Of a stretch of DNA of 64,000 nt, positions 29,974-38,590 are shown one piece after another. A program made the translations under genes and the position numbers. The DNA is taken from the NCBI GenBank assembly GCA_044225365.1, contig JBGAIQ010000014.1, positions 32,001 through 96,000 of the forward strand. The letters run 5' to 3'. How positions within the stretch are numbered: the first letter of the stretch is position 1; each line of letters begins with the position of its first letter. The DNA comes from Planctomycetota bacterium (lineage in GTDB: Bacteria; Planctomycetota; B15-G4; JADJEK01). The notes under the pieces are model-generated. The model had not been told where the DNA came from. It did not search any database and saw nothing but the letters and a program-made list of their open reading frames with translations.

Positions 29974-30972
29974 ATGTTCGACCGATTGGCCTCTTGGGCA
30001 GGCCTCGCCCTGTTCGTGATGGGAGTTCAGGACCTCGCACTCGGGGGCCAGGACGACGTAAAGACCGCCCCCGCCGAAACGGAGCCGCTTTCCGGCGTCC
30101 GCTTCCTGTGCGGCGACTGGCGGGACTCCCAAGACGGACTCGGGCTCTTCGAGGAGCACTGGTCGCTGCCCGCGCATGGATCGATGCAGGGGATGTTCCG
30201 TTGGGTCGGCGACGACGGGGCGATCCGCATGAACGAATTGCTCGAGATCACGGTCGAGGGCGACAAGCCCGCGCTTCGCATCCGTCACTTCGATGGCAAG
30301 CTCACCCCGTGGCCGACCGAAGCGAACGGCGGCCCGCTCCTCACGCTCGCCGAATCCGGCGCGTCGCGCGCGCTCTTCAAGAACACCGATGCGAACGCTG
30401 GCCTCGCTTCGATCGAGTACGCCCTGAAAGCCGATGGCCACCTCGCCGCGGTCGTCTCGTTCAAGGACGACAAGCGACCCGCGCTGAAATACGATTTCGA
30501 ACCGATCGGCAAGGGCGACCCGAATCCCGTCACGCCCGAGCAGGCGAAGGCCGCCTACGACCGCCTGAAGAAGCTCGTCGGCGAATGGAACGCGGAGAGC
30601 ACGAAGGGCTGGACGGAGAAGGTCGAGTACAAACTGATCGCGAACGGATCGGCGCTGATGGAGATCTCGCATTCGCCGGACGATGTCGGCGGTATGGCAA
30701 CGCTTCTCCACCTCGACGGCGATCGCCTGCTCGCCACTCACTACTGCGGTGCGAAGAATCAGCCCCGCCTGCAGCTCACCCACGTGGAAGACGACGGGAA
30801 GCTGCTCGACTTCACGTTCCTCGACGCGACGAATCTCCCGTCGCGCGACAAGGGCCACATGGATCGCCTGAAGGTCCGCTTCATCGACGACCGCACGTTC
30901 GAAACGCAGTGGACGTGGTTCGAGAACGGGAAAGAGAACTGGATGGAGACGATCAAGAACGTCCGCCAGTGA
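29974..30972 (+). CDS. Secreted two-domain protein: DUF6265-like plus a second beta-barrel-like domain
   Basis: GGGAG SD; FLCGDW...EEHW..PAHGSMQGMFR...LRIRHF; second domain LKKLVGEW...GSALME...THYC..NQPRL. Confidence 0.7.
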   Translation: MFDRLASWAGLALFVMGVQDLALGGQDDVKTAPAETEPLSGVRFLCGDWRDSQDGLGLFEEHWSLPAHGSMQGMFRWVGDDGAIRMNELLEITVEGDKPALRIRHFDGKLTPWPTEANGGPLLTLAESGASRALFKNTDANAGLASIEYALKADGHLAAVVSFKDDKRPALKYDFEPIGKGDPNPVTPEQAKAAYDRLKKLVGEWNAESTKGWTEKVEYKLIANGSALMEISHSPDDVGGMATLLHLDGDRLLATHYCGAKNQPRLQLTHVEDDGKLLDFTFLDATNLPSRDKGHMDRLKVRFIDDRTFETQWTWFENGKENWMETIKNVRQ

Positions 30973-30976
30973 ATTC

Positions 30977-31092
30977 GGCGGATACGGATCGCAGCCGCCG
31001 CCGCCGGCGGATACGGATCGCAGCCGCCGCCGCCGGCGGATACGGATCGCAGCCGCCGCCGCCGGCGGATACGGATCGCAGCCGCCGCCGCC
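30977..31092 (+). repeat. Four head-to-tail copies of the 29-bp element GGCGGATACGGATCGCAGCCGCCGCCGCC (REP-like)
   Basis: Identical units start at 30977, 31006, 31035 and 31064, 4 bp after a stop codon. Confidence 0.95.
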
Positions 31093-31192
31093 GCTCTTGG
31101 CCCAGGGTTCTTGAAAGTGGATCCATCATCTCCCGCGATCCGTACGTACTCTGTCCCCGTCCGCACCCTTGCACCGATGCTTGGAGATTCGA

Positions 31193-32308
31193 ATGACCTT
31201 CAGTCGACGTGATTTCGTGAAGTCGGCGAGCCTCGCCGCAGCGGCTTCGGCCTTGGGCGCGGCGCGTTCGTTCGGACGCGAAGGCGAGAACGGCAAGCCG
31301 CAGAAGGTGCTGGTTCTCGGCGGCACGGCCTTCCTCGGCCCGCCGATCGTCGATGGTCTCGTCGCGGCGGGGCACACCGTCACGTTGTTCAATCGCGGGA
31401 AGACGAATCCGAAGTTGTTCCCCACGCTCGAGAAGCTCATCGGTGATCGTCATGCGGACGTGAAGTCGCTCGAGGGCCGAGAGTTCGACGTCGTCATCGA
31501 CACGAACGCCTACTTCCCGCGCGACGTGGTGAACCCGCTCGGCGCGCTGAAGAGCGTCGGTCACTACGTGCTCGTCTCCACCTGCTCGGTCTATCCCGGC
31601 ATGGCACAGGAGAAGCTCGACGAGTCGAGCGAAGTGGCGACGATCAGCGACGAAGAGATCGAATCCGCGACGAAGGCCAACAAGATCGGAATGCTCTACG
31701 GCGCGCTCAAGGTCGCGTGCGAACGCGCGGCGGAGAAAGCCCTGCCGGGCAAGGTCACGGTCGTGCGACCGGGACTCATCGTCGGCCCCGGCGATACGAC
31801 GGATCGATTCACGTACTGGCCAGTGCGCGTCGCCAAGGGCGGCGACATGATCGCGCCGGGCAAACCAGAATGGACGATCCAATTCACCGACGTTCGCGAC
31901 GTCGCCGATTTCTGCGTCCACACCGGTCTGAAGCGACTCGCGGGGATCTTCAACGTCAACGGCCTCGAGCGCCCCGTGCCGATGGGCAAGTTCCTCGAAG
32001 CGTGCAAGAAGGTGAGCAAGAGCGACGCGAACTTCGTCTGGATCGACGCGCAATTCCTCGCCGATCACAAGGTGCAGGCGTGGGCCGATCTCCCCGACTG
32101 GTTCCCGCCGCCCGAAGGCAAGGACGAAGTCGCCGTGCTCAGCTCGGAGAAGGCGATTGCGAACGGCCTGAAGTTCCGCCCGCTCGAAACGACGATCGAG
32201 GACACGCTCGAATTCCACAAGAGCCGCGGCGAGTCGTACAAGCCCACGTGGCGCCTCACCCCCGAGCGCGAAGCCGAGGTCCTGAAGGCGTGGCGCGAGA
32301 AGGGTTGA
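31193..32308 (+). CDS. Tat-exported NAD-dependent epimerase/dehydratase (atypical SDR)
   Basis: MTFSRRDFVK twin-arginine signal; VLGGTAFLG, FNRGKT, YGALK and VRPGLIVGPGD. Confidence 0.88.
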   Translation: MTFSRRDFVKSASLAAAASALGAARSFGREGENGKPQKVLVLGGTAFLGPPIVDGLVAAGHTVTLFNRGKTNPKLFPTLEKLIGDRHADVKSLEGREFDVVIDTNAYFPRDVVNPLGALKSVGHYVLVSTCSVYPGMAQEKLDESSEVATISDEEIESATKANKIGMLYGALKVACERAAEKALPGKVTVVRPGLIVGPGDTTDRFTYWPVRVAKGGDMIAPGKPEWTIQFTDVRDVADFCVHTGLKRLAGIFNVNGLERPVPMGKFLEACKKVSKSDANFVWIDAQFLADHKVQAWADLPDWFPPPEGKDEVAVLSSEKAIANGLKFRPLETTIEDTLEFHKSRGESYKPTWRLTPEREAEVLKAWREKG

Positions 32309-32360
32309 GAGCGACGAGAAGGGCTTCGATTTCGCGATCGGCTGATACGCTGGTCGCCCG

Positions 32361-33353
32361 ATGAAAGCGCTGAAGCGACTTCTGATCCTCGCCGTCTCGT
32401 TCGTCCTCGCTCTCCTCGCCGCGGAGTGCGTCTGTCGCGTGCTCCCCGGCGCGAAGAGCGCGGATTTCTTCGAAGTCACGCCGTGGTTGAAGGCGGACTT
32501 CTATCGCCTCGCCGAGAAGGTCGGCTACGAGATCATCCCGAGCGTGAGCGAGCAGGTGAACTCGCTGGGCATGCGCGGCGCCGAGCGGCCGGCGACGAAG
32601 CCGAAAGGCGGTTTTCGCGTCCTCGTCCTCGGCGATTCGGTCGCCTACGGCGTGGGCGTCGGCCCGAACGACACGTTCTCCGCAAAGCTCGAGGCTTTGC
32701 TGAAGGGCAAAGCGAGCGGCCGCTACGTCGACGTCCTGAATGCCGGCGTCTCCGGTTACAACACGCTCCAGGAGCTCGAAGTCCTGGAGAAGCGACTTCC
32801 GCTCGAACCCGATGTCGTCGTCCTCTCGTATTGCCCGAACGACATCAGCTCGACGCCGATCCTCTTCAAGCAGGGCGATGCGTTCTGCTTCTACTCCGCG
32901 GGCTCGGAGCCGCGAACCTACTCCTCGTTCCTGATCGAACACTCGGCCTTGTTCCGCCGCCTCGTCGTGGCACGCGAAGCCGCATTCCGCGTGGCCGCCG
33001 ACGGCGAGCTCTCCCGACAGAACAATCTCGACGCGCTCCGCCGCCTCGCCGCGTCGCTGCGAGCGAAGAAGATCCCGCTGCTCGTCGTCATCTTCCCCTA
33101 CCTCCTCGAGGAGTTGACGAAGTATGCGCCCACGAACGCGCGACTGCACGAAGACGTTCGCAAGATCATCGGCGACGAATTGAAGGGGGATGAAGGCGGC
33201 GTGATCGACCTGCTCGAAGTGTGGCGCAACCGCGACTACAAGAGCCTGCGCAATCGAATCGACCCGAGCGATTACGTCCATCCCAACGAGGATGGGCACC
33301 GTGAGGCGGCCGACCTCATGTCCGGCTGGATCTCGCAACACGCGTGGAAGTGA
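32361..33353 (+). CDS. SGNH/GDSL hydrolase family protein
   Basis: N-terminal TM; NSLGMRG, LGDSVAYG, NAGVSGYN, YCPND and DYVHPN. Confidence 0.88.
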   Translation: MKALKRLLILAVSFVLALLAAECVCRVLPGAKSADFFEVTPWLKADFYRLAEKVGYEIIPSVSEQVNSLGMRGAERPATKPKGGFRVLVLGDSVAYGVGVGPNDTFSAKLEALLKGKASGRYVDVLNAGVSGYNTLQELEVLEKRLPLEPDVVVLSYCPNDISSTPILFKQGDAFCFYSAGSEPRTYSSFLIEHSALFRRLVVAREAAFRVAADGELSRQNNLDALRRLAASLRAKKIPLLVVIFPYLLEELTKYAPTNARLHEDVRKIIGDELKGDEGGVIDLLEVWRNRDYKSLRNRIDPSDYVHPNEDGHREAADLMSGWISQHAWK

Positions 33354-33380
33354 ACCCCGCTCGCGGTCCTCGATTCTTGA

Positions 33381-34427
33381 TCAGGGCCCGATTCGTTTCG
33401 TAGCGACGAACCAATCGAAGATGCGCTTCGCCGCGTAAGCGTGGCCCTTGGCATTCGGATGGACGAAGTCGTCGGCGGCTTCGGGTCGCTTCCAGATGCG
33501 GTAGTCGGTGTCCTTCCACTCCGCGAGCAGATCGACGAGCGGGACCTTCAACTCGTTCGTGACCTTGATGAGACCGCGCTCGGTATTCCAGTCGACTTGC
33601 AGGTACTGATCGAAGGGGCCTTGCAGATAGGGAAAGGCACACACGATCAGCGCTAGGTTCTTCTCGGTCGCGAACTGCGACAGCTTGGCGAGCGACGCGA
33701 ACTGCGAATCCGGATCGAACAACAATCCGAATTTCAGGTCCGCATTCGCGCGATACGTGCCGCTCTCCTTCATGTGTGAGATCTCACGCGCCGCGAGGAA
33801 GGTCCGATACAGCGCGGAGTGCTCGATCAGGAACGGGCTGTAGAGCGCACGCCCCGAACCCTGGCGGAAGTAGCGGAGATGGTCGCCCTCGCGGAAGACG
33901 ATCGGCGTCGAGTGCACGTCGTTCGGGCAGTGCGCGACGACGACCGCATCGGGTGCGAGCGGCATGCCGCGATGCACCAACCAATCCCATTCCTGCTCGG
34001 TGTTGTAGCTGATGACACCGGCATTGAGGACCTCGATCGTCCGGTCCGGATAACGCTGCCGCAGCAGCGTCTCGAGCACGGAGGACATCGTCTCCTCGGG
34101 CTTCACGCCGATGCCGTAGGCGATCGAGTCTCCGAGCACGATCACGCGATACGCGCCCGCGGGCTTCTCCACCCGAATCTCGCGCATGCGCATCCCGAGG
34201 GAGTTGATCTCTTCGGTCGCGTGCGGCCGGATCTCGAAGCCTCGGACGGAACCGTCGACGAGCTGATAGAAGTCCGTCCGCATGTTCAACTGATCGTCGA
34301 ACTGCGCCTGCGCGAACTTGCCGAGACGAACTCGACACACCCACTCGGCGAGCAGGAGGACGACGACGAACGATCCCGCGCCGAGCGCGAGTCGCTGGAG
34401 GAGGCTCGATCGTGCCTTGCCCGTCAT
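33381..34427 (-). CDS. SGNH/GDSL hydrolase family protein
   Basis: NSLGMR, LGDSIAYG, NAGVISYN, HCPND and DFVHPN; ATG overlaps the kbl stop. Confidence 0.88.
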   Translation of the reverse strand: MTGKARSSLLQRLALGAGSFVVVLLLAEWVCRVRLGKFAQAQFDDQLNMRTDFYQLVDGSVRGFEIRPHATEEINSLGMRMREIRVEKPAGAYRVIVLGDSIAYGIGVKPEETMSSVLETLLRQRYPDRTIEVLNAGVISYNTEQEWDWLVHRGMPLAPDAVVVAHCPNDVHSTPIVFREGDHLRYFRQGSGRALYSPFLIEHSALYRTFLAAREISHMKESGTYRANADLKFGLLFDPDSQFASLAKLSQFATEKNLALIVCAFPYLQGPFDQYLQVDWNTERGLIKVTNELKVPLVDLLAEWKDTDYRIWKRPEAADDFVHPNAKGHAYAAKRIFDWFVATKRIGP

Positions 34428-35614
34428 CGCACGACGCCGAGCTTCCTTCCCACCTTGGTGAACGCCGCGACGGCCTGCTCGACCATGTCGGGCGTGTGTG
34501 CCGCGGAGAGCTGGACACGAATTCGGTCCTGCTTCTTCGGAACCACGGGATACGTGAATGCGATCACGTAGACACCCTCACCGAGCAGCTCTTCCGCCAT
34601 CTTCTGGGCGACCTTCGGGTCGTAGAGCATCACCGGCACGATCGGATGGAACCCCGGCTTGATGTCGAAGCCCGCGGCCGTCATGCCCTCACGGAATCGT
34701 TTCGCGTTCTTCTCGAGCCGGTCGCGCAGCTCGGTCGACTTCGAGATCAAATCGAGCGCGGCGATCGAACCACCGGCCACGGCCGGCGGCAACGTGTTCG
34801 AGAACAGATACGGTCGCGAACGCTGGCGCAGGAGGTCGATGATCGGCTTCTTCCCCGTCGTGAATCCACCGACCGCGCCGCCGAGCGCCTTGCCGAGCGT
34901 CGACGTGATGACGTCGATCCGCTTCATGACACCGAAGTGCTCCGGCGTACCGCGCCCGGTCTTGCCGATGAAGCCCGTCGCGTGCGATTCGTCGACCATC
35001 ACCATGGCGGAGTGCTTCTCCGCGAGGTCGCAGATCTTGTCGAGCGGCGCGAGATCGCCGTCCATCGAGAACACACCGTCGGTCACGATGATCTTGTCGC
35101 GGAGCGACGCGGCGTCCTTCAGCTTTGCCTCGAGATCGCTCATGTCCGCGTGCTCGTAGATGAAGCGCTGCGCCTTCGCGAGGCGTACGCCATCGATGAT
35201 CGACGCGTGGTTCAGCTTGTCCGCGACGATCGCGTCCTCGGCGCCCAGCACGCATTCGAAGATGCCGCCGTTCGCGTCGAAGCAGCTCGTGTAGACGATC
35301 GTGTCCTCGGTCCCGAAGAACTCGCAGATCTTCTTCTCGAGCGCCTTGTGCACGTCCTGCGTGCCGCAGATGAAGCGCACCGACGACAAGCCGTAGCCAC
35401 GCTCGTCGAGGGTGCGATGCGCGGCGGCGACGAGTTCCGGATGCGAGGAGAGGCCGAGATAGTTGTTCGCGCAGAAGTTCAGGTACTCGCGTCCACCGAC
35501 GCGGATCCGCGCGCCCTGCGGCGACTCGATGATGCGCTCGTTCTTGAAGACGCCGTCGGCCTTGATCTGCTCGAGGGTGGATTCGATACGAGCGCGGGCT
35601 TGATCGCTGAACAT
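34424..35614 (-). CDS. kbl: Glycine C-acetyltransferase (2-amino-3-ketobutyrate CoA ligase)
   Basis: NFCANNYLGL, SVRFICGTQD.HK, SCFDANGG, LNHASIIDG, TDGVFSMDG, TLGKALGG and RQRSRPYLFSN. Confidence 0.95.
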   Translation of the reverse strand: MFSDQARARIESTLEQIKADGVFKNERIIESPQGARIRVGGREYLNFCANNYLGLSSHPELVAAAHRTLDERGYGLSSVRFICGTQDVHKALEKKICEFFGTEDTIVYTSCFDANGGIFECVLGAEDAIVADKLNHASIIDGVRLAKAQRFIYEHADMSDLEAKLKDAASLRDKIIVTDGVFSMDGDLAPLDKICDLAEKHSAMVMVDESHATGFIGKTGRGTPEHFGVMKRIDVITSTLGKALGGAVGGFTTGKKPIIDLLRQRSRPYLFSNTLPPAVAGGSIAALDLISKSTELRDRLEKNAKRFREGMTAAGFDIKPGFHPIVPVMLYDPKVAQKMAEELLGEGVYVIAFTYPVVPKKQDRIRVQLSAAHTPDMVEQAVAAFTKVGRKLGVVR

Positions 35615-35698
35615 GTTCGGACTCCTCTCGGAATCCGGCGATCATACGACGTCTTGCCGCAAAACCGAATGGGGTCGCGATCGCTCGCGGCCAGGTCG

Positions 35699-36850
35699 TC
35701 AGGGTCGCGGAACGACGACGAAGCGGGGGAAATACAGTCGGTCGTCCGCGACGAGCTTTCCGAAGTCGAGATGATTCGAACAGTAGGTGAGCACGAGACC
35801 GCCGGTGTCACCGCGCAGCTCCGGATGGGCCTTGCCCTGGTAGAGCAGCACGCGATCGATCGCCTTCTCCGGCGGCGAGTAGACTTTCTCGAGCTTCGAC
35901 CACGGCCCCTCGAGCGCGGGGGCGTGACGCGTTTCGATGTCGGTCGCACCGAATCCGGTCGCCTGATATTGCACGAACTCCTTCGACCCTGGATCGCGAT
36001 GCACCGTGAACTCGGGGGACGCCGCTTCGAACACCGGCTTCGCGAGCGCCCGACACTGCTCGAGATCCCGCTCGTTCGTGACTCCGAGAAATCCCTTCTC
36101 GCCCGCCCACCATTCGATGCCCGTGAGATCGCCGTCGCGCGCCTTGGCGAGCGGAAAGCGCGCGAGGAAGACGTTCGTGCCGCCCGGATCGCGCGGCGCG
36201 TAGGCCCATACGTACTCGCCCTCGACGACCACGGCGCAGGCGCCGACGATGAACTCGGCGCTGTTCCGCGGCGTATCGGCCTTGCGGATCTTCCACGCCT
36301 TCGGATCGGAGTCGAGGCCCTCGACGATTACCGCGCCCCACTCCGTCACCTTGAATCCGAGGCCTTCCTTCACCGCGTGGACGCGCATCAAGAATACGAG
36401 CAGTCGGTCGCCGAGCTTGACCGCATCGCCAGGCCAGAACCGATCGCCATCGACGTCCGGGAAGAACGCCCGCGGTGTTCCATCCTCCGCGCGTCTCCAA
36501 TGGAATTCGATCGAGGCATGACTCGGGTCGCGGCCCTTCTCGATCGCGATCGTGTTGCCGACGATCGTCGCACCCTCGCTACGACGCGAGCCCTTGCCGG
36601 TGGGGTCGATGAATGTGTCGGCGAAGAGCCAAAGTATGCGGTCGTCCCCGAGATCGACGGAATACGCCCCATCGGCGCCCACCCAGAATTGGTCGTGACG
36701 AAAGAGCTCGTCCGCCGCGGGCCACGCCTTCGCTTCGTCGGAGGCTTGGACGTGCGGGACGAGGAACGCGAGGAACATGCCCAGGATTCCGGACCAACGT
36801 GCTCGCCAGTGCGGCCGTGGATCGCCGGGAACATCTCTTCGTTCGATCAA
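35699..36850 (-). CDS. DUF4185-like secreted beta-propeller protein
   Basis: W.GADGAYSVDLG..RILWLFADTF, FWPGD, EGPWS and Y.GKAHP. Start TTG 36850 (GGAGAG SD) or ATG 36778. Confidence 0.7.
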   Translation of the reverse strand: MIERRDVPGDPRPHWRARWSGILGMFLAFLVPHVQASDEAKAWPAADELFRHDQFWVGADGAYSVDLGDDRILWLFADTFIDPTGKGSRRSEGATIVGNTIAIEKGRDPSHASIEFHWRRAEDGTPRAFFPDVDGDRFWPGDAVKLGDRLLVFLMRVHAVKEGLGFKVTEWGAVIVEGLDSDPKAWKIRKADTPRNSAEFIVGACAVVVEGEYVWAYAPRDPGGTNVFLARFPLAKARDGDLTGIEWWAGEKGFLGVTNERDLEQCRALAKPVFEAASPEFTVHRDPGSKEFVQYQATGFGATDIETRHAPALEGPWSKLEKVYSPPEKAIDRVLLYQGKAHPELRGDTGGLVLTYCSNHLDFGKLVADDRLYFPRFVVVPRP

Positions 36851-37165
36851 GCGCTCTCCGTGGCTGAGAGACCCAAGAATGGAACCGATCGGACCGAACG
36901 CGTGGTGACGGACTCCATGGTATTCCAACGCGTGGTCCATGCAAGCGCTCCCGACCGACCGCTCGGTCCATCGAACCGGCAACTTTGGATTTCCTGACGA
37001 TTCGATGTCGCAGTCGCGGCTGTTCCGACGTCCGCATCTTCGATGATGCGCCCGTCACCTGAAATTGGCTGCTCGCGGTACGAGAAACTCGCGAACGGAC
37101 ATTCGTCTCGAGGCGGGCTGCGATCGAGGACCATCCAATCTCAACGTCATTCTCAGGAGGTCGGC

Positions 37166-38512
37166 ATGCGCGCTGCGATTCGTAGATTCTATCTCCACTC
37201 CGTCGTATGGCTCGTCGTGACCATCCCCATGGTCGATTCGCGAGCAGGGGGCCATATCGACACCGGTACGCTGGTCGCGGTTTCGCAAGGAACCTACGGA
37301 GCGATCCAATACATGCGTTACGAAGCGATGTTCGCCGGAGCGACGGCGGCAGGGCATTCGTATCGAGTGCCCTGCCAGATCATCGCTCCACTGAACCCCG
37401 AGAAGGGGCAAGGCCTGCTCTTGTTCGACTGGCTCGTGCCGAGTCTGATTCCAACGGCCGTAGGCCAGGAGCAAGCCGATGCGAGGTACACGCTGACCGA
37501 CGAATTCCTCTTCGGCCTCGGCGCTTCCTACGCCACGGTTCGGTGCAACCCGGCGGGTATTGGCAAGAAGTCTCCGGTGGCCAATCCTGTTCGCCCGTGG
37601 TCGGACGGGTTGCTCGACACGAGCGGCGAGTTCATTTCCTCCGCCGGCGACGAGTTCGACATCGTGGTCGACTTCGTGAACGCACTCCGGACGGACCCCG
37701 CTGCGATCCAACGCCTGGGAAACGTCCAGCGTACGGCGGCCTTCGGCTACTCTGCATCCGGATATCGATTGCGGGGTTTGTTACGAACCGGCTCGGGCAA
37801 GGGTCTCTTCGACTTCTCGCTCGTCGGAGGCACGGGAAACGGTTTCGACAAGCCCGCCGGAAACAAGATCGGATTCTCGAACGCTGAGAAACCGCCCCTC
37901 GCGGGAGCTGGACTGGAGATCGATTTCCAGTCGGAGACCGATGTCGTCGCCTTGGGGGCGCACAAGACGAGGCACGAGGAGCCGAACTATCGCGCGTATC
38001 AATTCGCCGGCGCTTCGCACCTTCGGGGCGTCGACGTCGCGGAATTCGGTCTGCCGGATCCGGAACTGGCGAATTCCGCGGACTGGGTACCTTTCTTCCG
38101 CGCGCTATTCGTCGCCGGGTACAACTGGTGCGACGGAATCGCTCCGCCCCCCAGCATTTGGCTCGGGGCTCCCAATGACCCGACGATCGCCCGCGACGCC
38201 AAGGGAAACGCGCTCGTGCGCTACGTCGGAGCCAAGCCGTCGGTCACCGCCGCGTTTCGCCTCCCGGAAGTCGCGGTCGGCGAGAATCAGTACATTCCAG
38301 TGGCCACGGCCTACGACGACGGAACGTTTCTAGGCACCCTCCGCGTACTCGCGGGAGGACATGTCGACCTCGCGAGCACCTTTGCCAGCCACGCTCAATA
38401 CGTCAGCGACGTGACACTGCATGCGAGCGGCCTCGCCGCCCAGGGCTACCTCTTGCAGGCGGATGCCGATGCGATCGTTCAGCAAGCCATCCAGTCGGAC
38501 ATCGGAAACTGA
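37166..38512 (+). CDS. Secreted alpha/beta hydrolase domain protein
   Basis: AGGAGG SD; GYSASG nucleophile elbow, SETD, YQFAGASH and RDAKGNA. Confidence 0.72.
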   Translation: MRAAIRRFYLHSVVWLVVTIPMVDSRAGGHIDTGTLVAVSQGTYGAIQYMRYEAMFAGATAAGHSYRVPCQIIAPLNPEKGQGLLLFDWLVPSLIPTAVGQEQADARYTLTDEFLFGLGASYATVRCNPAGIGKKSPVANPVRPWSDGLLDTSGEFISSAGDEFDIVVDFVNALRTDPAAIQRLGNVQRTAAFGYSASGYRLRGLLRTGSGKGLFDFSLVGGTGNGFDKPAGNKIGFSNAEKPPLAGAGLEIDFQSETDVVALGAHKTRHEEPNYRAYQFAGASHLRGVDVAEFGLPDPELANSADWVPFFRALFVAGYNWCDGIAPPPSIWLGAPNDPTIARDAKGNALVRYVGAKPSVTAAFRLPEVAVGENQYIPVATAYDDGTFLGTLRVLAGGHVDLASTFASHAQYVSDVTLHASGLAAQGYLLQADADAIVQQAIQSDIGN

Positions 38513-38590
38513 GGCCAGACGGCGATCCGGGACGCAACCGAACTGGTAGCCTCTCATTCGACGCGACCCCTCGTGGTCGGCGAATTCGAC

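Noticed and set aside
29809-30858. ECF sigma factor with a 350-aa N-terminal extension
   Set aside because: The extension is the antisense shadow of the DUF6265-like gene; sigma homology begins near ATG 29808.
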